A stretch of 64,000 nt of DNA, taken from the NCBI RefSeq assembly GCF_006345805.1, contig NC_042998.1:171244001-171308000 (forward strand). Reading direction: 5' to 3'. Shown here one piece after another: positions 37,440 to 50,533 of this stretch. Within the stretch, counting starts at the first letter, position 1. Each line of letters opens with the position of its first letter. The DNA is from Octopus sinensis. Its lineage: Eukaryota. The notes under the pieces were generated by a model. The model was given only the letters and a program-made list of their open reading frames with translations. It was not told the origin of the DNA and did no database searches. The position numbers and the translations under genes are program-made.

Positions 37440-37510
37440 ATTATTGAAGCGTTCAACCCATGTCAGCATAGAAAACAGACAATAAATGATTATGATGATG
37501 ATGATGATGG
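37440..37510 (+). mobile_element. RTE-type 3' tail fragment with (GAT)n
   Basis: ACCCATGTCAGCATAGAAAACAGAC..(GAT)n matches the tail at 15085-15140. Confidence 0.55.
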
Positions 37511-37513
37511 CAT

Positions 37514-37561
<48 letters not shown>

Positions 37562-37879
37562 GATGGCATACATATACACATACCATCGACCGTCTTCTCC
37601 CTCCGGCTTTTTCCATCTTTTTCTCCTCTCTGTCGCCATCCCATGCTCACAACACTTTGCGTTATATAATTAATTTAAATCATAACTTTCATCAATTTCT
37701 TGCCAACATCAAACTTCATAAACTCCACTCACTCCTCCATTCCATCATACCCAATGCCACTACCCCAACTCCTCCACTACCCTTCTCCCTCCCTGATACG
37801 ATCCCCCCTCCCCTCCCCCCAGCCTTCCACCAGCCCTACCACCCCTCCTACCGCCACCCATCCACACTCCTATGTCTAT

Positions 37880-39220
37880 TCCATCCACCCCTTCTCCACT
37901 TCAGTCTGTTGTTACCATTTCCCCAGATCTCTCTGAGGCGGAGCTCTCCATCCTCAGTAGGGGTCTGCATTTCATCCCCCTCACTCCATCCAGCAACGAA
38001 TTTCGCCCTCGTGCTGATATCCACAGCTTTGTGCGCCGTGTTAGGTTGTGTGCGCTTTTCCGCGACACTCCAACCGCATCTAACGAGGACTGCTTCACTG
38101 ACCTGGGCCGCCGACCATCCCAGTGGACGCTTGCTCCTGTCCAGTTCCAAGCAGTTGATCGCTGTGGACCGGTTTAACTTTTTCAGGCGTCCCTGACGTC
38201 TCAACATCTCCCCAGTCGAACTCTCGGCTCTTCGATTCCTCTGACGCCGCACTGATATCATTATAAAACCAGTCGACAAGGGTGGAGCCGTGGTGGCATG
38301 GCGCGCAGACCTCTATAAGGCCGAAGCTCTCCGCCAATTTCAAGACACCTCCTTCTACTGCCCTCTGCCCTCTGACTCCACGCCCAGCTACCAACAGACT
38401 GTCCTCCACTATCCATGACCTCATCTCTTTCTCCCGTCTCACCCACACCGCCTCCAACCTCATTGTCCACACCCCCGCATCCCCACCATTTACTTCCTTC
38501 CCAAAGTTCACAAACCTAACAACCCTGGCCGCCCCATCGTCTCCACCTGTAATTGCCCCACCGAGCTTATCTCCAAATATCTTGACCGTGTCCTTGCCCC
38601 CCTAGTTGCTTCTCTCCCTTCTCACATCCATGACACCAACCATACGCTTCGTTTGTTCAACTCTTTCTCCTTCCCTCCTGGCCCCTCTAAACTTCTCTTC
38701 ACCCTCGACATCCAGAGCCCTTACACGGTGATCCCTCACCACGATCCAACCCCCAACCCGACACCTCCACACTCGTTCGTCTGGCCGAACTTGTTCTCTC
38801 ACTCAACTGCTTTTCGTTCGCGGGTGATTTCTACCATCAAATCTCGGGAGTGGCCATGGGAACGAGAATGGGCCCCAACTATGCAAACCTGTTCGTTGGC
38901 TATGTTGAGGCCCAAATATTCTCAAGTTTCACTGGTCCCACTCCCGAACTATATGGCCGTTATATTGACGACTGTATCGGTGCAACCTCACTCTTTCGCG
39001 AACATCTAGACTCCTTCCTCTCTTTTGTCAAATCTTTCCATCCTGCCCTCCACTTCTCCTGCACTATCTTTGACACCTCTGTCTCCTTTCTTGACATTTC
39101 GGTCAGCTTTCATCACTCCACTCTTACAACCTCCTTCCACTACAAACACACAGACTCACACTCATACCACAACTTCTCCTCCTCCCACCCAAAACACACC
39201 AAGCTTTTCATCCCCTGTTC
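37880..39220 (+). mobile_element. Penelope-like element RT fragment, frameshifted, no GIY-YIG endonuclease
   Basis: LSEAELSILSRGLHFIP; IIIKPVDKGGAVV; PKVHKPNNPGRPIVS; GVAMGTRMGPNYANLFVG; RYIDD. Confidence 0.92.
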
Positions 39221-39646
39221 CGTCTACATTCAACTGTGTAAAGCTAAGAAGGAAATTCGAGACAAAATTATTTCTAAAACAAAGAAAAATTCACACCAAG
39301 CTCTATGCAAAGTCACGGATGTAAATATAAATTGATTCCAATCTGTTCATCGCAAACACAAATGTACTTTCGTCACAATCCGACATCACATCCATCAATC
39401 ACAAAAGACTTCATTCTAAAAGCCATTTTCATATATCGACCTATTCTCGATTTCTTCGAACAAGATAAAACATTATTCTACAAGTCAGAAGAAAATTATT
39501 GTCATTTGATAGCAACATTCGGATAAAAATATTTCCAATAGATCCTTTGACAGCAGTAGACACAGAAACTTGTACTAACATCCCCATTAAGTTGTCTGTA
39601 ACAAGCATAGCACTAAGATTTGAAATTTCGCTGCTACAAAGAAGTA

Positions 39647-40931
39647 CGGGGTGTCCCAGAAAGATTTACCCATTGATTTTTCTTAATTATTCAAAATAAA
39701 TTTAAGGTAAGATAATGAAATTTGGCACACGCATTCTAATGAAAATTGTCATTCCATTTCAGTAATTATATTTCAGTAATTATATTTCAAAATGACCACC
39801 CTTCGTCTTGATCATAGCCTGCAAATGAGTGGTCACTGAGTTGCATGAGTGCCGTACCACCTCTTCATCCAACTTGACCCATGAAAACAGAAGGGCTTTC
39901 TTCAGATCTGACACATTTGAATAGGAGCACGCAGAAGCATTACTAAGATGGACGAGATAGCAAAGTCCATGGGATTGATATTTGGACTTGAGGGATGTCA
40001 TATGGTCTTGTCCCAAAACCGCTGAAATGCTCTTTGCATCACCTCTGTATCAAATTGGATGCGTCTTGAGTGAAGATGTAATGGTCACCAAATGTTTCTA
40101 TGACCCAGGATAACACTTTCCCATCCGACATTTCCACATAAACTTCACTGATGACCTTGACGCCAGCATCGATGAAGATCAAAGGAGACTTGAACCCATC
40201 AGATGCAACTGAAGCCCACACCGTGAGTGAAGCTGGCTTCTGATGACGTAAATGACTCCTGCTACCTTCGAGCAAGTCTTGTATTACGTGCATAAAGCTT
40301 ATCATTCTGCTTCTTGGTAACTGCCTCTACGGTGATGATCTTCTCATCGGGCCAGATTAACACTGTTAGCGGCGCATTTCATCTCAGATAACATGGTTTT
40401 ACCACTGTGGAACCGTTTCTTCTTGGAAGCTACTGAAATTAACTCTTCAGATTGTTTCTTGTATGCAGTTAGCTTTAAATTCTCTTTAAAAATCCTGTGC
40501 ATTGATAATTTAGAAATATCAAGAGCTTTTACAATTTTTCTTGCGCTCCTGCGAGTATTTCGGTTCATTCACTTCTTCGCAGCTTTAACAGTTTGTTTGT
40601 TACGAACTGATCGTTTCCTACTAGGAATTGGCCTGCTAAAGGTAGTAGCAGTTTCCATATATCATTTCCAGGTATTGAACACTGTTTTACGGTACATTCA
40701 ACTGTTTTGTTATGTCTTTATTTCTCACTCCTGCTGTTTTCAAAGCGACAATTTGGTCACGTTTTGCTTTCGACGCCATATTTGTTCCAAACCTGTTATA
40801 GTCGAACGAAACAATAGACCCATGAACAAAGGACATATGCAAATCTTTATGTAAAATGTAGATAATATTACCTGAATCGATATTCTTTAGAAAGAGTTTT
40901 AAACATGGATAAATCTTTCTGAGACACCATG
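39647..40931 (-). mobile_element. Tc1/mariner superfamily element, maT (DD37D)-like, full TIR-to-TIR copy with decayed transposase
   Basis: TA|CGGGGTGTCCCAGAAAGATTTACCCAT ... ATGGATAAATCTTTCTGAGACACCATG|TA (27-bp TIR, 4 mismatches); VWASV, TQD, SPNINPMD, KGGHFE motifs. Confidence 0.9.
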
Positions 40932-41099
40932 TACGTTTGAAACTTAATTATCCACCTGTTTTACCCATACACATGCAGACTCTTACATGCATGCATGCAT
41001 ACATACTTGCTTATATGCATACATACATAATACTATTATGCACACATGCATACATACACATATACATACTTACATGCATGCATAAATACATACATGGTG

Positions 41100-41560
41100 A
41101 CTTGTTTCTCTGAGCTTCCTCGTTGTCAATGACGTTTCTGACTTTCCATCTATGAACTGTCAGATGGCTATTCAATCCCACTGAAGATCTATATGGTTTG
41201 AAGCATAAGTGATAGACAAAAGTCTATGTCACTGGATTGATTGGATTACTTTGTGAGATATGATTTCTGTGAACCACCATATGTCTCTTTTCAGACCCGA
41301 AATCACCCAGCCTAGGAGGAAGGACGTTACATACAGTTAATCTTTCATGGGACTTCAAATGTTTGACATACCCAGCATTAGAAAAGGGCACACAGTCATA
41401 GCTTTCATATTCTCCAATACTTCATGTTCTTATTGACGTTCTGAAGACAGCCCCTCCGATGCATGTGATTTAGGCTTTCGTCCTCATGGGGATTCGCTTC
41501 AAAAGTTTTATAGCCTTCCCTTATATGCTTCCTCCTCTCAGCTCTTCCAAAGCTAGTTCC
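41100..41560 (-). mobile_element. Degraded LINE 3' end with C-terminal C2H2-like motifs (RTE-like)
   Basis: Manual reading AGYVKHLKSH ... CNV ... GLKRHMVVH. Confidence 0.4.
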
Positions 41561-41755
41561 TCCTAGTTCATTAAATTGATTTTCAGTTTCTTCAGGCTGC
41601 TTTTATGAAGTCTTTTCACATTTTTGTGGTTTGTATTTTGGAATCCTATTGCATGCATGTATGTATATGGAAGGCAATAAGATTCCAAAGTACATACCAC
41701 AAAAATGTATAGACTGCATAAAAGCAACCTGAAGGAACTGAAAATGCATACATAC

Positions 41756-41830
41756 ATGTATGTATGTATGTATGTATGTATGTATGTATGTATGTATGTA
41801 TGTATGTATGTATGTATGTATGTATGTATA
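41756..41830. repeat. (TATG)n microsatellite
   Basis: Directly visible. Confidence 0.97.
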
Positions 41831-42139
41831 TGTATTCATATTGGTTTCAAAGTTTGGCACAAGGCCAAATCCATATTAGCATAATGGGTTTTATGTCAAA
41901 TATAAATGTTTGCATGGGTCAGATGAAAGTACATACAGCCGGATGCTCTTCCTGACGCCAATCCTGACACTGACACACACACGCATACGATGGACTTCTT
42001 AGTTTCTACATACTGAATGCATTCAGAATCTATTCAGTATCATTGTTGAACCTTTCGAATGACACCAACCTGATGGCTTGAATGATAGGCCAACGCTCCT
42101 TCTGAACGGAATATCAGTCCGTCTCAGGATAACTATTTA

Positions 42140-42269
42140 CAACTTAGCAGACTGGAGCAACGTGAAATTAAGTGAAATTAAGTGCTTATGAATACAACGC
42201 ACTGCCCGTCTGGGAATCGAAACTGCAATTATGTGATCGTGAGTACGACACGAAGCTACGCGTCTTCAC

Positions 42270-42270
<1 letters not shown>
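42140..42270 (-). mobile_element. Degraded tRNA-derived SINE
   Basis: Minus strand GTGAAGACGCGTAGC...GTTTCGATTCCCAGACGGGCAGTGCGTTG...TTTCACGTTGCTCCAGTC. Confidence 0.55.
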
Positions 42271-42343
<73 letters not shown>

Positions 42344-42391
42344 ATACATACATACATACATACACACATACATACATACATATATATATAT

Positions 42392-42700
42392 GAATGACTA
42401 CTAAAGTGGACACCCTATACGCTAGAAAAAAAATCTCAGCAAAACACCAAAATGTAAAATGAGCAAGACAAATGAAAACATATGAAATAAAAACGATTAC
42501 CTACGTACCATTGGTTTCACTTGTTAATATTTACGTATATAAACACGTGGTAATGGTGATTTGACGTCTATGTTTAGCGTATAGGGTGTCTACTTTAGTG
42601 GTCATTCCTCTTAGTTTTGTATGTAACACAATTTTTAATCTTCGGATTTTTAAATATGCTAAGCCACTGGTTTTAATTGATTAACATCAATTTCTACCCT
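42392..42700. mobile_element. Fold-back element related to 32811-33230
   Basis: GAATGACTACTAAAGTGGACACCCTATACGCTA ... TAGCGTATAGGGTGTCTACTTTAGTGGTCATTC plus the shared right flank. Confidence 0.7.
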
Positions 42701-42703
42701 TAT

Positions 42704-43078
<375 letters not shown>

Positions 43079-43176
43079 AAAAAAGGTTTGAAAATGCAAT
43101 TTAAACGATGTTTATTTACTTAACCGGTTTCACTCTTTGGTAAAAGATTGTCAAAAGTTACATTTAAGGAAACATT

Positions 43177-43402
43177 GAATAATATGGGTTCAAAAAAAGT
43201 TTTTTACATAATTGTCACATTGAATATTATGCATTCAAAAAAGTTTTTTACATAATTGTCACATTGGATATTATGGGTTCAAAAAAAGTTTTTTACATAA
43301 TTGTCACATTGAATATTATGCATTCAAAAAAGTTTTTTACATAATTGTCACATTGGATATTATGAATTCAAAAATGTTTTTTTATACATAATTGTCACAT
43401 TA
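43177..43402. repeat. Minisatellite, 5 units of 44-47 bp with ABAB dimeric pattern
   Basis: ACATAATTGTCACATT at 43206, 43250, 43295, 43339, 43386. Confidence 0.92.
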
Positions 43403-43621
43403 TTTGGGAAAATTTGGCAGAAAAGGATAAAACAAATATATTATTGGGAATTGGTTGCGTTAATTATTGGTTGTCGCAAATTGTCACATTACATGTATAT
43501 ATATATACAATCTTTGGTATATATATACAGCGTTTTGACAGCAAAAATTAAAATGGATTTTTTGTACATCTCAGAATATTTTAAGTATGTTTTTACTGAC
43601 CTGTCAGTATTAGCAGAAAGG

Positions 43622-43661
<40 letters not shown>

Positions 43662-43671
43662 ATATATATAT

Positions 43672-43715
<44 letters not shown>

Positions 43716-43734
43716 TATATATATATATATATAC

Positions 43735-43770
<36 letters not shown>

Positions 43771-43994
43771 TATATATATATATATATATAATATATATAT
43801 ATATACATACATACACACACCCACACACATATATATATACATATACACATATGTATGTATACATGTGTGTGTGTATATTTATAGGCATACACACATACAC
43901 ACACATAAACATATACACGTATACATACATTATTATACGTGTGCGCGCGGTCACACACACACACATATATATATCAATATATATTGTGGATATA

Positions 43995-44485
43995 CAGTAA
44001 CCCCTCGACTATTGCGGGTGTTACGTTCCAAAACCCTCCGCGATAGGTGAAAATCCGCGAAGTAGAAAAAGTACTGTATATTTGCGTTTTCATTTTTATA
44101 ATTTGTATATATTTATTTTATTATAAATGCAATACAACACCACACACTCACCTCCCGAGTTTCATTTTCCATACAGTATGTGCGATTCTTTGTTTACGCA
44201 TCTACGGCACACTACGTATTTTCTTTTAATATATTTTATATATATCGTTATATAGTGCAGTACTGTAATGTATTTTCATTTATTAATTTGTTAATTTTTA
44301 GGCGTGGAAATGCTTATATTACCGCAGAAGTAATTAAAATCTAAAAAATATAAATACTTGTCGGCCGCTGAAACCCGCGATATACTGATGAGTCCGCGAT
44401 ATAAATTTACCTATATTAGTCAGAAAAAAATCAAAGATGTGCTGAGGAAGCGATAGGTGAACCGCGATATGACGAGTGATTACTG
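43995..44485. mobile_element. pogo/Tigger-type MITE (491 bp)
   Basis: TA|CAGTAACCCCTCGACTATTGCGG ... CCGCGATATGACGAGTGATTACTG|TA. Confidence 0.85.
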
Positions 44486-45129
44486 TATATAAATATTTAA
44501 ATGCATATTGACTTAAATACACACACACATATATGTACATACACAGACTCAGACACACAGACACACATATATGTACATACACAGACACAGACACACACAC
44601 ACACGCACACACACACACACACCACACACACACACAACACACACACACACACACACATACACACACACACATATATATATATACTTGGCTTGCTCGCTTA
44701 GCCAGCGGGGTGGCGTCATTCGAAGGCTAAAACAATGCGAACGCATTGTGACCAGCGATGTGTAACAGCGTCTGATGGTCTGGTCGGTCACGTGGTCACG
44801 TGATATGTATATATATATACTAGCTTAAAGTTAGCTCCTGTGGAGGGCTCTTCATTGGACCTTGAGTCCAATTATGATACTTCATGCACTGAGTAATGTA
44901 AACTTTTATTAAACTTGACCAATATTTTTCAAGCAACTAACAATTTTCGTCAAAAGAATGATATAATATATGGACTTGGAACTTAGTGCAAAGCTTCACG
45001 ATAAACAACATTTTTTGTCTTTCCATTCGGGGGTCAGTACAAGTTTTTATTTTAACCTTTTTCTCTCTCTTTTTGTTGATTGTTTACAACCATCACCATC
45101 ACCAGTACCACCACTATCACCTCCACAAC

Positions 45130-45807
45130 TGCTATGCGCACACCATTCAAACTTCTCACGTGTACACACACATACCTCCCCCACACACAACGCACACTCA
45201 TGCAGACACGCACATAATTACACTCACATAGGCATAAACACACACACGCTCGCACGTAAGCACACGCACGCACACAAACACACAGGAACACACATAAACC
45301 TAACATACACAACTCCACATACAACCCTACGCATACACGCATACACAAACTCAGATACACACACACATACATACACAGGCACACACATACACAGGCACAC
45401 ACAATATATACGTACACGCACACACATACATGCACACACGCATACATACATACACACACACGCACACACACATGCAAAAATCACACATTTACCTCCACAT
45501 ACAACCTCTCGTTCACGCACACATACGCACACACATACACGCGCACACACATACATGCACACACATATACATACATACACTCACACGCTCACACATATAT
45601 ACACACACACGCACACACAAATGAACCCACACATACCTTCTACACGCACACACAACACACACTCATACATACACGTACACAATTATACATACATGGACAT
45701 ACACATACGCACATGTACGCACACACACGAACGCACAAAGTAACGCACATTTACTCCACAAACAACCCCACACACAACCCCACACATACACACACGCACT
45801 TACACAC

Positions 45808-45838
<31 letters not shown>

Positions 45839-46130
45839 CACGGGCACACACTGCACACAAAACACACACATACACAACATATACATACACGCACACACAG
45901 TTAAACACCTTTCTACTGACCATTCTCCTACGCACATGTGAAGGAACACACTACACAAAAGACAGCCACTCCTACTATAGATTCTTACAATAAATTCTTC
46001 CTACAACATTAAGCGACACAAAGTCCACTCACATAAACAACCAAAACCACACACACATACAAACGCACACACACACACACACACACAGACCTGCGCTCAC
46101 GCACATACCCACATATACACACACATGCCT
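45130..46130. repeat. About 1-kb degenerate (CA)n/(CAYA)n low-complexity tract
   Basis: Directly visible; source of the His/Thr-rich spurious ORFs. Confidence 0.93.
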
Positions 46131-46542
46131 CCTTCTCTTGCACTCTTCCGGTCATTTCAAAATGTAACCACGTAGAATCGTTGGCGATTTTCTTCCTCCG
46201 TCTTCCGGTTGTTGTACCACGTCTTCCGGTTGTTGTTTTTCATGTTTGCTCTTTTTTGTTTGGATTCGCTATATATATATGGGGTAGAAAGGGCTCCTTA
46301 GCCGTAGTGAAGGCAATCTATCTAGGGAGATAACCTTACAATAAATCACTGGGTCCGTAGCTTAGAAATACTGGGTTGACGTCCAGCGGGAACAGCTTTG
46401 TTTCATGGAGGAGGAAAGATCTTCTTTAGTACTTGGTTGTACAATGCTTTCCAATGTGTGTAGTAGTGGCGCGCGCACACATTATTAGCCATTTGAAAAG
46501 ACTATGAAAGTCTCGACCACGGTCGAACAATGATGATGATGA

Positions 46543-46574
<32 letters not shown>

Positions 46575-46583
<9 letters not shown>

Positions 46584-46775
46584 ATCCAAACAAGAAAACA
46601 CAAAAAACACAACAACGCGAGGACGTGGAACAAATATAGTATTATTGGACGCTCAGGAAAGAAGGGAAGAAGGAGGGTTTAACGTTTCAAGCGGAGCTCT
46701 TCGTCGGAAACATAGGAGAAGGAAAGCTCCAGAGAAGGGAAGACAGAGGAAAAAAATCGCCAACGGTACACACGC
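46575..46775 (-). mobile_element. Penelope-like pLTR remnant with a variant hammerhead-like motif; related deleted copy in opposite orientation at ~46165-46270
   Basis: Minus strand GTTT-CCGACGAA-GAGCTCCGCTT-GAAACGTT-AAAC. Shared CGTTGGCGATTTT and TTTGGATT segments in the inverted copy. Confidence 0.5.
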
Positions 46776-46782
46776 GATATAT

Positions 46783-46834
<52 letters not shown>

Positions 46835-47411
46835 ATATACATACATACATATATAGATATACATACATACATATATATTTGTATTCATACACAGATATAC
46901 ACATATACACACATGCGTGTGTGTGTGTGTGTGTGCATATGTATAATATATATACATTTTATTTATTTCAGTGCAAATTTCCCAAGTTCGTAGACTTAAC
47001 GTGAGTGATAGAATTAATCCATCGTCTAGTTTCCAATCACCACCTGGTCATTGGATTGCTCAAGCGGATTCCGCTTTGTAGCAAAATATTTGGACTAGAT
47101 ATCTTATTTGAAATCACCGCGTTCTTTATCCCTTTTCCCTGCTACCACTGTCAGAGATCATACAAAACGCCATGGGTCCTGACATTTCTCTCTTGTACAA
47201 ACCATTCAAAAATATTAATCATTGAGTCATTGACTTAATACTTTCTTCTCCTCATTGTGTAAATATTGTTAATTAATTAGATTTTCCATCGTCACTAAAT
47301 CCAGTATGATGACTTTTAACTTGATTGTTATTTTTCGTGCGGATAGCATTCCTTATTAATTTCATTCACTCATATCTTGAGTGTGAAGTGTAGATAACAA
47401 CAACAATAACG

Positions 47412-47449
<38 letters not shown>

Positions 47450-47572
47450 AATAACTAAAAGCCTTCATGCTTTCTTTTCTTCAATTTCTATAATTTAATA
47501 TCGATTTTTTTACGATAGTTTATAAAAATACACATTTATAAGAGAAGTGTGTAGTCCACTGAATCGATAATA

Positions 47573-48138
47573 GTGGGTTGTCCGGAAAGTTCGTGCCGAT
47601 TTATAGTAGCTTACCTTTCGACTTATTTTAGAACATGGTTGAGTCCATAAAATAGGATTTGACTACACCTCAATTTAGAGCACAGTTTAAGCTATCTTTT
47701 CGTGGAAGAAGGTTAATGTTCCTATAACTTGTGTTAATTCTATAACCCTTTAAAATGGAAGATAAGAAAGTTCATTTTCGGCACTTGATGCTTTGGGAAC
47801 CAGACAAAAATTGCTGCAGCTCGGCTGGGATGTGTTACTCCACTCTCCACATTCACCAGATATTGCTCCTTCGGATTCTCACTTATTCAGGTCTCTGCAG
47901 AATAGTCTTAATGGTAAAAATTTCGATTCCTTGGATAACGTAAAAAAATACCTTGATGAATTCTTTGCCATGAAACCACCTCAATTCTAGGAAGAGGGTA
48001 TTTTCAAGTTAAAGGAAATATGGAGACGCATTGTGCAACAAAATGGTTCATATTTGGTTGATTAAAAATGTAATGGCAAGTATTTATTGACCTTTTTCTT
48101 TTTTTAAAATATCGGCACGAACTTTCCGGACAACCCAA
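47573..48138 (+). mobile_element. Internally deleted mariner (566 bp)
   Basis: TA-flanked 28-bp TIR (T/G)TGGGTTGTCCGGAAAGTTCGTGCCGAT; MEDKKVHFRHLMLWE fused to KLLQLGWDVLLHSPHSPDIAPSDSHLFRSLQN. Confidence 0.93.
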
Positions 48139-50465
48139 TAGTATATATTTTTATTTTCTGTCTCAGCCAAAAGCAATGGAATATAGTTATGACCTTTGAA
48201 AGCACTCACCCCACCTCAAGATTGGTTTTAATTGATGTGGTTTATATTGCTTTCACACTATATGTAAGGTAAAACCGACCCTAGGCCGCAACAAAGTACT
48301 GTAAGATATTTAATGATATTCCGTTTTGCCATTCTACCATTCAACTATCCTTTCTATGTCTGTAGAGATTTTGACCATTGATGACACTTCTGGAATAAAG
48401 GTAAAGTCAATCAAATGGTACATTTAGTCTTTCCTTGGTGTTCTGATTTCATTTTCTCCCAGGGTCGACTTTGGGTTTCATGTCTTAAATGACAAAAAGA
48501 TATGTAATAGTAATTTCCATTGTCTTCTTAAAAGCAATTAGCTTTATTGAGTGAGAAATTTATATTGTCACATAATTAGTGTAAAAGTAGGTTGTGTGTC
48601 TCTGCAAGTTGGTTATGTGTCTGGTACAAAGAAGACATTTTCACGTCAGTATTTCTCTGTTTAAAATAACTATAATATCAGAGAAGTTAATTTGATACCA
48701 TGTTTTAATGTAGATATGAAGAAAGTGCCCCAGTCGATACCTCTTACCTTTAAAATATCATTGGTGATTATTGTAATGTTTTAATTGTCCACAAACTGAT
48801 CCTACAGGATAGTATAGGCCAGGTATTCTAAGTGAAAAGTTAATTTTTGAAAGTAACTCAGTTGATATACAGTGAATCTTTTAACCCATTCTTCTGCAAG
48901 GGAACCATTGACGATATCGTTTTTATATAGTGTATCCTGGGTAAACCATTCTCGTAAAATCGCTTTCTTTGTTTCTCTCTCTCTCTCTCTCTCTCTGTCT
49001 TTGTGAGTGACACCTGCAAGAGAGTTTTAAGCTTTGAATACGAAGCATTTATTAATGGCTTAATGCTGTCAACGCTTACTGAGACAAATTGTTTTTGTTA
49101 CATAGTGCACACATATCTATGTGGGCTGGGTCATTTAAGAGTTAAGCGTTCTTTCGGTTTGTGGTCTGGTACTCTATTCAGAGATATATCGATAGATACA
49201 CTAGAAAACCATTCTAGATTCCTGACAGCAATTAGTTTCGTTTCTCTGCCTTAAAATTTGGAACCCCACAATGGTTAACTTTGCCTTCTATGTCACTAAC
49301 ATAAAAAACGTAACAGTAATATCATTCAATCAACCACACCACAACAGATATGCAGATGTGTCTTTGGAAAAGATGTCCAGCGTGACCTTTAACTGTGATG
49401 GCTACAATAAAGAAAAGAACACAGTCAAAAGAAGTCGACATAAATTATATTTATGATAATTCATTATTCCTTCAATGTTCACAATTTGCAAGACTGGAAG
49501 CTAGAAGTTCGGAGCATTCAATAAATATTGTCTTCTATGACTGAAGAGGAAACGACATATGTAGTTTTCAAGTGACTTTTGAACAGCAGTGGTAGCGATA
49601 ATTGTAACAATATAAATATACTTTGTAAAACAAAATAACCACACTAAACACACAAAACAGAGAGGAGATAGAGCAATATGAGAGGAGAGAGGGAGAGGGA
49701 GAGAGAGAGGGAGAGAGAGAGAGAAAGAGGGAGAGAAATGTATATATAGTATATACGGTAAAATGAAAGGCAATGACAAATATATTACATATTTCGGATT
49801 TATGGGAACTGGTATAAATGTCATTGTAATTTGTCAATTTGCTTATAAGATTCATGGAGAAGATTGAAAGAAAATATTTATATAAGGGAAAAATATTTCA
49901 TTTGAGGAAGCAAAGTAGGTAATTGTACAAACTGCTCCGTGAAGTATTATTTAGATAAATACATCGTAGTTTATCTAGGAAATCGTCTACATGTGAAGCA
50001 TTTCAGAAACGTTGAGGCAATAAAGGTTTTTAAAATCTTTCTCCAAATTTATGTGAATATTCATATTATTATTTATGTGAAAAGATGGCTGTTGAAAGAA
50101 ATGTTTCAAGTTCGTTTGGAGATTGATATTGTCAGATGACAATATATATGTATGCACGTGCGTATGCGCGTATGTATGTAAATACACACGCACATACACA
50201 CATATCAGTGTTATTTTGACAATAATATTTTGTGAGAGATATATCATAATTTCTTATGTTGTCTTCTTTTTTTATTGTTCACAGAAAACTTATTCACAAA
50301 TGAAGAAGAATGATGATCTATGAGGGTATGCCATGATAATAAACCAAGGCTTTTGCCGATAAAACAGTTATGAAAGGAAGATCTTGGATTTATAAAAACG
50401 AAAAAAAAAGAAGAAAAGCTGATGGAGGGATGAAAAACATGAAAGCGTCCATCGTAATTGAATAA

Positions 50466-50533
50466 ATAAAGGTTTTGCATCTTGAAGATCGGTTAGACAT
50501 TATTTAAGAGCATGATGGAACAGAAGTATCACT
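50466..50533 (+). repeat. 68-bp perfect direct repeat, partner at 51763-51830
   Basis: The two segments are identical base for base; their flanks are unrelated. Confidence 0.9.

Noticed and set aside
44970-45935. 257-aa His/Thr-rich ORF and Cys/Val-rich antisense ORFs
   Set aside because: Translations of a degenerate (CA)n tract.
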